From positions 1 to 64,000 of the IMG/VR virus record IMGVR_UViG_3300049044_000033: a DNA stretch of 64,000 bases; one strand, written 5' to 3'. Below, piece after piece: positions 28,962 through 36,826 of the stretch. Source of the stretch: a virus. Lineage: Duplodnaviria; Heunggongvirae; Uroviricota; Caudoviricetes. Both the position numbers and the translations under genes were made by a program. The stretch's first letter is position 1; each line of letters starts with the position of its first letter. Below the pieces are notes generated by a model. That model saw only the letters and a list, made by a program, of their open reading frames with translations, was not told the origin of the DNA and ran no database searches.

Positions 28962-29279
28962 ATGAAGACCGCAGGTTCATTCTTTGGATCACATTTGCTC
29001 ACTCCGGGACCGCTTGATTGGTCAGCGGCTACGAGCGCGGCAATAGATATCCAGTTCTATCAATGGCTTCTTGAGAATATAGGATCAGGAAGACCCTACC
29101 CCACTAGAGGATTAGGTAGTCACGAATGGTTCTGGCTCGATAATCGCAGAAATCATCTTGATACGAAGAAATGGCAGAAAGACGGCTTCGGGATCGTCTT
29201 TCGAGATTCACGCAAAGCCGTCTATGCTAAGATGGTTTGGGGTGGCCGAGACCACCCGTTTTCACTTGATGAGACCTGA
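28962..29279 (+). CDS. FKLxWGG family small protein
   Basis: YQWL; IVFRDSRKAVYAKMVWGG. Confidence 0.78.
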   Translation: MKTAGSFFGSHLLTPGPLDWSAATSAAIDIQFYQWLLENIGSGRPYPTRGLGSHEWFWLDNRRNHLDTKKWQKDGFGIVFRDSRKAVYAKMVWGGRDHPFSLDET

Positions 29280-29705
29280 CATATAACGACCACCCTGTGG
29301 TGGCAAGGTCAGAACCTGCTGGCGGTTAGAGATACCGCTCCTTAGCCCGAAACCAATGTGGACCCAACGGCGCTTCTCATGGATGAGCTGGTCAAACTTA
29401 ATACCGGCCTTGATCAGCTGGGCACAAACTTCATATGGTGTACCAAACGATGGGCACACGAAGTCAACCGCAAAGCCAAACGAGTGAGCCGAGGTAGTAA
29501 CACCACCGACAGCGCGGTTCACTGCATCGCTCCTGTAAGCAGAGTTAACCTGAATTGGCTTATTACCTAGAGCAGCCCTAACAAGTTCCATCTGCTGAGC
29601 AGTATAGGTTAGGTTCTTGAGCAACTGACCAGCCGGTACGTTTGGAATACCAGTAGAAGTTACAGTCATTTCAGACAAGCTGAAGTTCTTTGAAAGTTGT
29701 GTCAT
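29262..29705 (-). CDS. Peptidase M15A family endolysin
   Basis: LSKNFSLSEM, SAYRS..VNRAVGG..TSAH..G.AVDF, FDQLIHE, WVHIG. Confidence 0.9.
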   Translation of the reverse strand: MTQLSKNFSLSEMTVTSTGIPNVPAGQLLKNLTYTAQQMELVRAALGNKPIQVNSAYRSDAVNRAVGGVTTSAHSFGFAVDFVCPSFGTPYEVCAQLIKAGIKFDQLIHEKRRWVHIGFGLRSGISNRQQVLTLPPQGGRYMSGLIK

Positions 29706-29711
29706 AGCGAT

Positions 29712-29745
29712 CCTCCTTTACTCTACTTATCCAGTAAATAGGAGG
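29712..29745 (-). promoter_or_regulatory. SD-sequestering hairpin with late-promoter-like ATAAGTA in the loop (endolysin)
   Basis: Minus strand CCTCC-TA-TTTACT-GGATAAGTAG-AGTAAA-GGAGG-ATCGCT-ATG. Confidence 0.65.
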
Positions 29746-29984
29746 TGGAAAGTGACTTGTTTTCTCCTCTCTTTGACCCTAAACCCTATAGGGTGACCTT
29801 GCCACAGGTCATTCATGCGCACCAGCACTATGAGGTAAGACTCTACCTATTAGGTTTGAAATGGGAAGAATTTGAGGATTGGATGATCTGTCCCTACACC
29901 TACACGGTAGCAGGAGAATATGAGGTCTGGTTTAAAGACCTCAGCAAGGCAACATACTTCAAAATGTCTTTTATCTGCCCTTGA
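29745..29984 (+). CDS. FKLxWGG family small protein
   Basis: VWFKDLSKATYFKMSF; start uncertain. Confidence 0.7.
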   Translation: MESDLFSPLFDPKPYRVTLPQVIHAHQHYEVRLYLLGLKWEEFEDWMICPYTYTVAGEYEVWFKDLSKATYFKMSFICP

Positions 29985-30294
29985 GTTCGGCTCTACGCCT
30001 AAGTAGCCGCCAAGTTAATGAATCCATATACCGCACTGGGGTACCTTTGGCTTCTTCCATGTCGAGAGATTCATTCAATAGATCATCAAAGCAAATTGTG
30101 AAGTGAAGTGCGTAACGTTTTGGGATGACGATCAAATAGTTCTCTTCACCTGGACGTTCGCTTTGGCTAATATGAAAATCACATCCTTGCTCTAGACCAT
30201 AAAATCCAGTCAAGATGCGATCGATAAGAGGATGAGGGATTACTCCTCTCTTAGTGAATTTGATGAAGGATGAATGAACCTTCAGTCCAATCAC
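29971..30294 (-). CDS. FKLxWGG family protein (divergent)
   Basis: IVIPKRYALHFTICF; GTGA coupled. Confidence 0.55.
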   Translation of the reverse strand: MIGLKVHSSFIKFTKRGVIPHPLIDRILTGFYGLEQGCDFHISQSERPGEENYLIVIPKRYALHFTICFDDLLNESLDMEEAKGTPVRYMDSLTWRLLRRRAELKGR

Positions 30295-30584
30295 ATGCCA
30301 CCCCATAAAGTTTTAAAGTAGATCGCGTGACGTGGATCTTTGAACCACAAGATTACAAAATCCTGATCATTTTCTCCATCATGCCATAAAGTCCAACCCC
30401 AAGGGTCAGGCACATCTAAGAATTCCTTGACATTACTGTCATTGTCTTCGGTCCACCATCGGTAATCAGGTAGTTTGCCTGCGATGCTAGTAAGAATATC
30501 TTTAGCATCTTTCCTGAGCACGATAACCATATTGCGATTAGCTACAAGGTCTTCACGAACCTTAACTCTAAAGATCTCGTTCAT
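30291..30584 (-). CDS. FKLxWGG family small protein
   Basis: LWFKDPRHAIYFKTLWGGM. Confidence 0.8.
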   Translation of the reverse strand: MNEIFRVKVREDLVANRNMVIVLRKDAKDILTSIAGKLPDYRWWTEDNDSNVKEFLDVPDPWGWTLWHDGENDQDFVILWFKDPRHAIYFKTLWGGM

Positions 30585-30976
30585 AGACCCCAAACCAACT
30601 TAAAGATAACAGCATGGCGTCTGTTCAAAAAAGCAACACACCAATTCCTAGCTAACTCGGACCCGTTTTTGCCATTCCACTCCAGACTAAGAGCATAATC
30701 CCAGCCTTGTGCTTCGAGCCATTCTCGTTGAGGATCGTTTAAGCGGTAATAAGATGACCCTTGCTGATGATCAGGAATATCATCGCTCCGTAGCTGCTTA
30801 CTACCATCATCGGCCCAAGGAACCAATTGAATGGCCAACTCGGAATTAAATCCCCGGAGGTAGAACGCTATCCGGTGGGCAGTATCGTTATCAACTTCTA
30901 CCCAATAGAGCTTAGGGTGGCGAACACCTATACCCGCTTTAGTAATTGTAGTCACAGGTTTCGTGATATCTCTCAT
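30581..30976 (-). CDS. FKLxWGG family protein
   Basis: REWL; VAFLNRRHAVIFKLVWGL. Confidence 0.8.
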   Translation of the reverse strand: MRDITKPVTTITKAGIGVRHPKLYWVEVDNDTAHRIAFYLRGFNSELAIQLVPWADDGSKQLRSDDIPDHQQGSSYYRLNDPQREWLEAQGWDYALSLEWNGKNGSELARNWCVAFLNRRHAVIFKLVWGL

Positions 30977-30982
30977 GTGACC

Positions 30983-31010
30983 ACTATATAGGAGATTAGG
31001 CCCAAGTCAA
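30983..31010 (-). promoter_or_regulatory. Sigma70-type promoter with -35 inside the KLTW codons; leaderless
   Basis: TTGACT-N16-TATAGT-N6-ATG(30976). Confidence 0.7.
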
Positions 31011-31220
31011 CTTCAGCAGCAAAGCTTCATCTGGATCTTCGCATTCTACCGAAAGGCTTATCGGATCATCGACAAATTGACCATAATTTGGATAGGTAAT
31101 AGCAGGATGCTTCATATTGGCTTCCATCCAATCTAGAATGGAACCTACATTCAAGGGGCCTTTAATCACAACTAGATAATAGCCTGGGATTTCGGCCGGT
31201 TGCCACTGGTATGAGATCAT
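30996..31220 (-). CDS. FKLxWGG family small protein
   Basis: LDWM; VECEDPDEALLLKLTWA. Confidence 0.8.
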   Translation of the reverse strand: MISYQWQPAEIPGYYLVVIKGPLNVGSILDWMEANMKHPAITYPNYGQFVDDPISLSVECEDPDEALLLKLTWA

Positions 31221-31459
31221 CCGAAGGTCAACCTAAAGAGCATTGCGACATTTGGATCCCTGAAATAGAAGGTAGTGGTCTCAGAAGCAATCGGGACACT
31301 GTTGCGCCAATTACCATCAAGGTGACGAATGGTTTGCTTCTCCCCTGCCTTTTCGGCTAGCCAGTCTAATACTTCATCGGTGAGTTTGAATTCAGTGCGG
31401 TTTTCCCAAACTGCATTGGGGACATCAACGCAAGGCCAGTCTATTAGATCCCAATCCAT
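31217..31459 (-). CDS. FKLxWGG family small protein
   Basis: LDWL; FYFRDPNVAMLFRLTFG. Confidence 0.8.
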   Translation of the reverse strand: MDWDLIDWPCVDVPNAVWENRTEFKLTDEVLDWLAEKAGEKQTIRHLDGNWRNSVPIASETTTFYFRDPNVAMLFRLTFG

Positions 31460-31731
31460 TACTGTCCACCCCAGCGCAATTTGAACGCTACTGCATCACT
31501 GGCTTTCTCAAAATAAACCTTGATACCTGAAAGATCTTCACGTTGTAACCACTTTGGATTAGCAGTCTCCCAAAGGAGTTCACCCATGCGCCTGAATTGT
31601 TCAATTGAATGAACGCTACCGGCTTCGATGATCCACTGACACATAGAATCATTAGGAGCCCAGCCGCTTCCTTTTCGACCTATATAGCGATCAAGATGCC
31701 CGTCTTTGTGAAAGATCTCTACGCAATACAT
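31459..31731 (-). CDS. FKLxWGG family small protein
   Basis: CQWI; VYFEKASDAVAFKLRWGGQ. Confidence 0.8.
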   Translation of the reverse strand: MYCVEIFHKDGHLDRYIGRKGSGWAPNDSMCQWIIEAGSVHSIEQFRRMGELLWETANPKWLQREDLSGIKVYFEKASDAVAFKLRWGGQ

Positions 31732-31777
31732 CTTAGTATCGTAGCAACCCTCAGAGCGTCACGTCACTATTTTAGAG

Positions 31778-31978
31778 TTACTCTCCGCCCCATGTAAGCT
31801 TGAACAACATGGCAAGCTGTAGATCATCTATGTCAAAGAACCATTCCCAAGGATTATTCATCCAATTCCTATAAGGACGATCTCCAAACCATTCTTTGAC
31901 CTCAGATCGTAAACGACATCTTGGATCAGGATCATAGACTAGTTCCGCTACGTTATCGAAGGGAACGTGGAGTCTCAC
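31778..31978 (-). CDS. FKLxWGG family small protein
   Basis: KEWF; FDIDDLQLAMLFKLTWGGE. Confidence 0.8.
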   Translation of the reverse strand: MRLHVPFDNVAELVYDPDPRCRLRSEVKEWFGDRPYRNWMNNPWEWFFDIDDLQLAMLFKLTWGGE

Positions 31979-32244
31979 CCCCAAGCAACCTTAAACATCG
32001 TAGCATCCCGGAGTTCAGCAAAGACAAATAAGCCTACGGCATTTTCTTCAATGCCTTGCTCGTCATCCATTATAGCAGACTTAGAAAACTGCCTAACGCT
32101 ATCTAGGATTAGAATCTCATAGTCACCCTGAATGTTATCTTTGATCCATTCAATCAGTTCCAAGGAACCATCCTTGGTTAATGCTTGATGAAAACTCACG
32201 AGAGGCTTCATCACAATATGACCTGAAGGCATACTGAGTTTCAT
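31975..32244 (-). CDS. FKLxWGG family small protein
   Basis: IEWI; FVFAELRDATMFKVAWG. Confidence 0.8.
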   Translation of the reverse strand: MKLSMPSGHIVMKPLVSFHQALTKDGSLELIEWIKDNIQGDYEILILDSVRQFSKSAIMDDEQGIEENAVGLFVFAELRDATMFKVAWG

Positions 32245-32522
32245 CTATTGCCCCATACCATCTTAAACAAAATTGCTTCCCTGGGATCCTCAAAAATCCA
32301 AAGCCATTGCTCATAAGAGCGATCACCCTCAGCGTCGTTGTCTAACACCTTCTTTTCAGAAAGGTGCATCCCTTGACGCATAAACACGGTGTCAATTTTG
32401 CCATACACATTATCAGCCACCCATTGGCCAATATCTTCGAAGAACTGAATCCTGGCCGGTTGTTCCATTAAGTGCTCAACAGAGATCACTACAATGGAAC
32501 CATGATGCAAATCTAGTTTCAT
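32241..32522 (-). CDS. FKLxWGG family small protein
   Basis: GQWV; WIFEDPREAILFKMVWG; close paralog of 31975-32244. Confidence 0.8.
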   Translation of the reverse strand: MKLDLHHGSIVVISVEHLMEQPARIQFFEDIGQWVADNVYGKIDTVFMRQGMHLSEKKVLDNDAEGDRSYEQWLWIFEDPREAILFKMVWGNR

Positions 32523-32812
32523 GCCCAGGTCATCTTGAATAAGAGGAAAGTTTTAAGGTCCTTGAAAGCCACATAGTCGTGATTGTTATAGGGATTCCAA
32601 GATCGATAATGGTGGTAAGGGGCGCACCACTCGATCATATCAGTATTCTTGGATCCTATTGTGCCTAAGTTGAACCAGAGGCCATATGGATGACCCTGCT
32701 TGGCAGCATCTTCTTCAAGCGATTTAGCAAACCGAGCCGACGCCGCATCCCATTCGCGTTGATCTTCTTCCGCGAGTTCAGCACTAGGCTTCCAATGTTG
32801 GATTTGCTTCAT
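32519..32812 (-). CDS. FKLxWGG family small protein
   Basis: IEWC; VAFKDLKTFLLFKMTWA. Confidence 0.8.
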   Translation of the reverse strand: MKQIQHWKPSAELAEEDQREWDAASARFAKSLEEDAAKQGHPYGLWFNLGTIGSKNTDMIEWCAPYHHYRSWNPYNNHDYVAFKDLKTFLLFKMTWA

Positions 32813-33030
32813 TGGCCACCCCATCTGAGCTTAAACAACATCGCAGAATCAGAAGTTGGAAAGAAGAATAATACATCTGAGCCAATCTCTGTAAAAATCA
32901 AATCATTGAGGATTTCAGGATATGTGGATTTAACCCAGTCAATTACATCATCATCTAAGAAGCAAGTAGGACCATCGCTGTCCCATACTATATGGGCAAT
33001 GCCTTTCTTAGGGAGTCGAAGGCTTATCAC
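32809..33030 (-). CDS. FKLxWGG family small protein
   Basis: IDWV; FFFPTSDSAMLFKLRWGGQ. Confidence 0.8.
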   Translation of the reverse strand: MISLRLPKKGIAHIVWDSDGPTCFLDDDVIDWVKSTYPEILNDLIFTEIGSDVLFFFPTSDSAMLFKLRWGGQ

Positions 33031-33281
33031 TGGCCACCCCAAGTAAGCTTGAACAGAGCAGCATCAGCCTCAGTATCAAAGTAAGCCTTCATCACAGGAC
33101 GACTAATCATGCGATCACTTGAATACCATACTCGTTGGTAGGCATTTTCTTTACCATAGTGATCTACCATCCATTGATACAGATTATCGATGTCGCGGAT
33201 GGGATAGACGAACGTTAGGCAAAACGGACCAAATCCCTCGAATGTCTCCGGACATACCCTGCCCTCTCGCGTGAGTTTCAT
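33027..33281 (-). CDS. FKLxWGG family small protein
   Basis: YQWM; AYFDTEADAALFKLTWGGQ. Confidence 0.8.
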   Translation of the reverse strand: MKLTREGRVCPETFEGFGPFCLTFVYPIRDIDNLYQWMVDHYGKENAYQRVWYSSDRMISRPVMKAYFDTEADAALFKLTWGGQ

Positions 33282-33508
33282 TTGCCACCCCATACAAGTT
33301 TGAACAATAAAGCAACCTTGGGATCTTGAATCTCAACGATGCTATTTTGACCACAAGGAGAGAGGTCATGATCCCACCCAGTTGGTCCGGCGTGATCATC
33401 TAGCCATTGGAAGATCACTGAATTGAATACCTCAACAGTGCCCCAAGGAGACTCATGACATTTCTCCACAGACCAAGCCAAGCTACCAGGGATTTCAACT
33501 CTATACAT
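33278..33508 (-). CDS. FKLxWGG family small protein
   Basis: FQWL; VEIQDPKVALLFKLVWGGK. Confidence 0.8.
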   Translation of the reverse strand: MYRVEIPGSLAWSVEKCHESPWGTVEVFNSVIFQWLDDHAGPTGWDHDLSPCGQNSIVEIQDPKVALLFKLVWGGK

Positions 33509-33515
33509 CTACTCC

Positions 33516-33545
33516 GCTATAGCGGGTTCCTTATAGCCATGTCAA
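33516..33545 (-). promoter_or_regulatory. Sigma70-type promoter with -35 inside the KLTW codons
   Basis: TTGACA-N18-TATAGC-N7-ATG(33508). Confidence 0.55.
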
Positions 33546-33782
33546 TTTGAACAATAGAGCATCACGATGGCACTCGAACTCACATGACATGAAGATAACT
33601 TGACCTGGTAAGGATTCCTTAACCGCCCAACGGAATTCATAATCATACTGGAGGAAGTCGAGAGCCCAATTATAGAAGAACTCAGCAAAGCGATGGCGGT
33701 ACTGAATCTCTGGATATTCAGCAGCCAATTCATTAAGGCGGGTCGAATGAATCTCAAGCCGGTGAGGGTATTCTACATCCAT
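33531..33782 (-). CDS. FKLxWGG family small protein
   Basis: YNWA; CEFECHRDALLFKLTWL. Confidence 0.8.
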   Translation of the reverse strand: MDVEYPHRLEIHSTRLNELAAEYPEIQYRHRFAEFFYNWALDFLQYDYEFRWAVKESLPGQVIFMSCEFECHRDALLFKLTWL

Positions 33783-33964
33783 GTTAATTTGAACAGCACC
33801 GCATCGGCTGGATTCTGAAAGGCAAACACCATCTTGATGACGCCACTCTCCAACCTACAGAAACAATCCCAAGACTTATCTAAACCGGCTGATCCTAATC
33901 TTTCTTTCAGCCAGTCGATCATCTGAAAGCTAACTAGGTCATATATGGTAGTGAGTTCAATCAC
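33773..33964 (-). CDS. FKLxWGG family small protein
   Basis: IDWL; FAFQNPADAVLFKLTWM. Confidence 0.8.
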   Translation of the reverse strand: MIELTTIYDLVSFQMIDWLKERLGSAGLDKSWDCFCRLESGVIKMVFAFQNPADAVLFKLTWM

Positions 33965-34194
33965 CAGACTTCTACTTTAAACAATATGGCTTCGGAGAGC
34001 TTTTCAAACAACAAGACACAATACTCTGAGGTTGACTTCCCACTATTGTCAAACCACAAACCACCATGGCGTAGTCCCCTACGTCCAATCCATTCATTGA
34101 ACCGGTCTGATGTAGTGTAGCCATCGACACCATAAGGATGCTCTTTCCAGATATTCGAGTTACTGTAGGGAGCCACTACCTCGATCAGGCCCAT
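33961..34194 (-). CDS. FKLxWGG family small protein
   Basis: NEWI; LLFEKLSEAILFKVEVW. Confidence 0.75.
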   Translation of the reverse strand: MGLIEVVAPYSNSNIWKEHPYGVDGYTTSDRFNEWIGRRGLRHGGLWFDNSGKSTSEYCVLLFEKLSEAILFKVEVW

Positions 34195-34616
34195 GTCAAC
34201 TTGACCATCACTTGTTGATCAGCGGGAACCCAGAGGGTCATAGTCTCTATACCATAATGGATGAACTTGAATCCATCAACAATAGGGAAGTCGCGAGCTT
34301 TACACCATTGCCTGAACTCTTCAGACTTCTCCTGTGGGATCTTGATATTCATCTCCACATAGCCACGCTCAATTAGCTCTGCCTCGGTGACGATCTCCTC
34401 ATCGTCAGATTCATCCCACTTGACTACCGTGGCGTTAAACATCATCTTGAACTGGAGAGCATAACGCTTGTCAAACAACTCCACGTTGTAGATCAGATGA
34501 CCATTAGCATCTACGCGGTTGGCTCCTTTGTAATCACCATGGAGGTAATAGCGAAGTTGATGATCCATCTCAAACAGATCATTATGCTCCTCAGAGACAT
34601 CAAAGACGTAACTCAC
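34185..34616 (-). CDS. FKLxWGG family protein, two tandem domains
   Basis: VELFDKRYALQFKMMF and RQWC...VMVKLTWA. Confidence 0.78.
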   Translation of the reverse strand: MSYVFDVSEEHNDLFEMDHQLRYYLHGDYKGANRVDANGHLIYNVELFDKRYALQFKMMFNATVVKWDESDDEEIVTEAELIERGYVEMNIKIPQEKSEEFRQWCKARDFPIVDGFKFIHYGIETMTLWVPADQQVMVKLTWA

Positions 34617-34897
34617 AAACCACCCCACATTAGTTTAAACAACATTGCTTCCTTTTTAGTAAGGAAATGAACCAAGGAACGTCTACCAAATTGCGACCCC
34701 TTGAAAGTAGGCGTAGCATATGGATAAAGCCTAAGATCAACAATTTTCACCGTTACCCTAGGAACAACCGGCTGACAATTCTCTCGAACCCAAGTAAACA
34801 TATCCAGGCGCAATCTTGACATCTGGTCCACCAATTGATGAGTTGCTTCATACGCCAACTCAACTTGATACTTGCCCTTCGGGTGTAGTTCAGTCAT
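34613..34897 (-). CDS. FKLxWGG family small protein
   Basis: FTWV; VHFLTKKEAMLFKLMWGGL. Confidence 0.8.
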   Translation of the reverse strand: MTELHPKGKYQVELAYEATHQLVDQMSRLRLDMFTWVRENCQPVVPRVTVKIVDLRLYPYATPTFKGSQFGRRSLVHFLTKKEAMLFKLMWGGL

Positions 34898-35088
34898 CCC
34901 CAGGTCAACTTAAACAAAAGAGCATCCTTATAACAGGCAAACCTGAATTCTAAAAGAGCTTTTCCATCCTCATCATAGCTTACTCTGCCGTCCCAAGTCA
35001 AACTTCCAGGAAGACCAAACTGATCTTTAGCCCAGCGAAAAGGTTTTAAGGAATCATCACCTATGGGAATCTTAACAATGTGCTTCAT
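34894..35088 (-). CDS. FKLxWGG family small protein
   Basis: FRWA; FRFACYKDALLFKLTWG. Confidence 0.8.
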   Translation of the reverse strand: MKHIVKIPIGDDSLKPFRWAKDQFGLPGSLTWDGRVSYDEDGKALLEFRFACYKDALLFKLTWG

Positions 35089-35306
35089 CCCCAGGTCAAC
35101 TTGAAAAGCATAGCAGTCTTTTTGTCGGAGAAATTGTAGAATGTCCCACTGACTCTGCCATCAATACCAGAGAAGCCACACGAACCAAGCCATTTCTTCC
35201 CAGCATGAACTTTGAGCCATTCCTCAATTTCAGGACGAAGTGGCATACCAAAACCATCATAAACCCAAATCTCATGATGCAGGCCCTGCTCTACATACCG
35301 ACTCAT
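35085..35306 (-). CDS. FKLxWGG family small protein
   Basis: EEWL; YNFSDKKTAMLFKLTWG. Confidence 0.8.
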   Translation of the reverse strand: MSRYVEQGLHHEIWVYDGFGMPLRPEIEEWLKVHAGKKWLGSCGFSGIDGRVSGTFYNFSDKKTAMLFKLTWG

Positions 35307-35539
35307 ATCCATGCCAACTTTAAAAGAGTAGCCTTCCTAGGATCCTTGATGTAGAAACACAAAATCCAAGAAGCCCCTGAACGTTTCCGCCAAGCAGACC
35401 AACCGTCTCCATACCACTGCTTGTCGTGAAGACTGAAATCAGTCAAAGGTCCAATATTCCCTTCCAGCCATTCCACTAGACTACCGGGAAGATCCCCCTT
35501 CTCCAAATCAATAGGTAGATCCATAAGAACGAAACTCAT
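35303..35539 (-). CDS. FKLxWGG family small protein
   Basis: VEWL; FYIKDPRKATLLKLAWI. Confidence 0.8.
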   Translation of the reverse strand: MSFVLMDLPIDLEKGDLPGSLVEWLEGNIGPLTDFSLHDKQWYGDGWSAWRKRSGASWILCFYIKDPRKATLLKLAWI

Positions 35540-35739
35540 CTGCCACCCCAAGCTAACTTGAAATGAAAGGCTGATTCCAAATCAGCAAACCTAACAAGAC
35601 AGCTATTCGTAAAAAGACTAATCTCAAAGTCACAATTGGGATAATGGTCAACTATCCATTGCTTGAGCTCTTGAGCAAACTCATAACAGTCAACTGAACT
35701 AGGATAGCGAACTTCAATGCCAGATAACCAATTACTCAT
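35536..35739 (-). CDS. FKLxWGG family small protein
   Basis: KQWI; VRFADLESAFHFKLAWGGR. Confidence 0.8.
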   Translation of the reverse strand: MSNWLSGIEVRYPSSVDCYEFAQELKQWIVDHYPNCDFEISLFTNSCLVRFADLESAFHFKLAWGGR

Positions 35740-35992
35740 GCCACATCAACTTGAACAAAGTAGCCTGCGAAGCCTCTCCAAACTGGAATACCATACCATT
35801 GTCGCGAGCTTCCATTCCCCAATCATAGGTCATATTCTCAACTGCCCATGTCTCAAACTCAGGTTGAAGATCACGATGACTCCTACCAGAATTTTTCTCA
35901 CGAATCCTCAAAAGAATACCCATCGCACCTAATGCCGGAACCCATACCTTCTCATTGGAAAATGGAATGAAAACTTCGTAACTAGAACTCAT
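35732..35992 (-). CDS. FKLxWGG family small protein
   Basis: ETWA; FQFGEASQATLFKLMW. Confidence 0.8.
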   Translation of the reverse strand: MSSSYEVFIPFSNEKVWVPALGAMGILLRIREKNSGRSHRDLQPEFETWAVENMTYDWGMEARDNGMVFQFGEASQATLFKLMWHE

Positions 35993-36282
35993 ACGCCACC
36001 ATACGTCAACTTGAACAAAAGAGCCACAGTGGAATCATAGATCACTAGAGTGGCAATAGGATCCCTCTTTTCTCGTGGCTCGTCGATCGGAGGCCTTACG
36101 GATCTCTCCCCACAATAATACCAGCGAGTCCTAGCATCCAACCATTCTTCAACTTCTGGTCGAAGTCGTCGACCCCAAGCCTTGTAACCAGGCTGCTCGA
36201 ACATCAAAACAGCATTCGCCTTTGTAGGAGGCCGCTTGTAATCAACAGAAGCACTGGCCGGAATTTTGATCTTGGTAATCAT
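35989..36282 (-). CDS. FKLxWGG family small protein
   Basis: EEWL; LVIYDSTVALLFKLTYGGV. Confidence 0.8.
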   Translation of the reverse strand: MITKIKIPASASVDYKRPPTKANAVLMFEQPGYKAWGRRLRPEVEEWLDARTRWYYCGERSVRPPIDEPREKRDPIATLVIYDSTVALLFKLTYGGV

Positions 36283-36524
36283 ATACCACCCCAAGTCAAC
36301 TTGAACAACATAGCAACATCATAGTCATCAAACACAACTATGGCTTTCTGAGGGTTGTGACTATCTACCGTCCATAACCAAGAACAACCTGGTGAGTAGC
36401 CAGTGAACGCAGAACCTGATCCAATATGATCCAATAACCAATACAGAACATCTCCCCGCAACTTGTAACTAGGTGGCGACCTATGGAACTCTAGAAGGTC
36501 ATTGGATATAGATACCCCGATCAT
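36279..36524 (-). CDS. FKLxWGG family small protein
   Basis: LYWL; VVFDDYDVAMLFKLTWGGI. Confidence 0.8.
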   Translation of the reverse strand: MIGVSISNDLLEFHRSPPSYKLRGDVLYWLLDHIGSGSAFTGYSPGCSWLWTVDSHNPQKAIVVFDDYDVAMLFKLTWGGI

Positions 36525-36826
36525 ATACCACCCCAGGTCATCTTAAACAGAAGAGCGGTATCAGGATCCTCTATAGAGAAAACCGCAGGACCATACTCAA
36601 CTAACTGTGGCCCATCAATATGAATCATGTCACAATACATAAACCATACCTGAATCTCTGGAATATTATTCCAATGACGTCCGCCGCCCTCTAACTCCCA
36701 ATATGACCCACTGGCGTTGAGCCAATCTTCTACCTCTCTAAAGAGAAGATACTGAACATTCTGCCCACCATGAACACCCATGACGAACACGCGCTCATTA
36801 TGCGGGCTGATATCCACCTTAGTCAT
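36521..36826 (-). CDS. FKLxWGG family small protein (first of the minus-strand array)
   Basis: EDWL; FSIEDPDTALLFKMTWGGI. Confidence 0.8.
   Translation of the reverse strand: MTKVDISPHNERVFVMGVHGGQNVQYLLFREVEDWLNASGSYWELEGGGRHWNNIPEIQVWFMYCDMIHIDGPQLVEYGPAVFSIEDPDTALLFKMTWGGI

Noticed and set aside
25215-36294. Shared N-terminal MGWx motif in many listed ORFs
   Set aside because: Artefact of reading the upstream TGG-GGT-GG codons in the -1 frame; the likely starts are the ATGA/GTGA overlaps
23121-36826. Many short ORFs as a sign of stop-codon reassignment or one fragmented gene
   Set aside because: Neighbours are mostly in different frames (ATGA overlaps), each is a complete motif-bearing unit, and long genes are intact in code 11
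23121-36826. C-terminal GG as a ubiquitin-like conjugation signal
   Set aside because: GG is usually followed by another residue and is absent in many members; the pattern does not look beta-grasp; no E1/E2 or JAB gene seen in the window
23121-36826. CRISPR array, integron or DGR
   Set aside because: The repeats are degenerate and coding with 200-400 bp units; no attC palindromes, integrase, cas or reverse transcriptase genes, and no TR/VR pair seen
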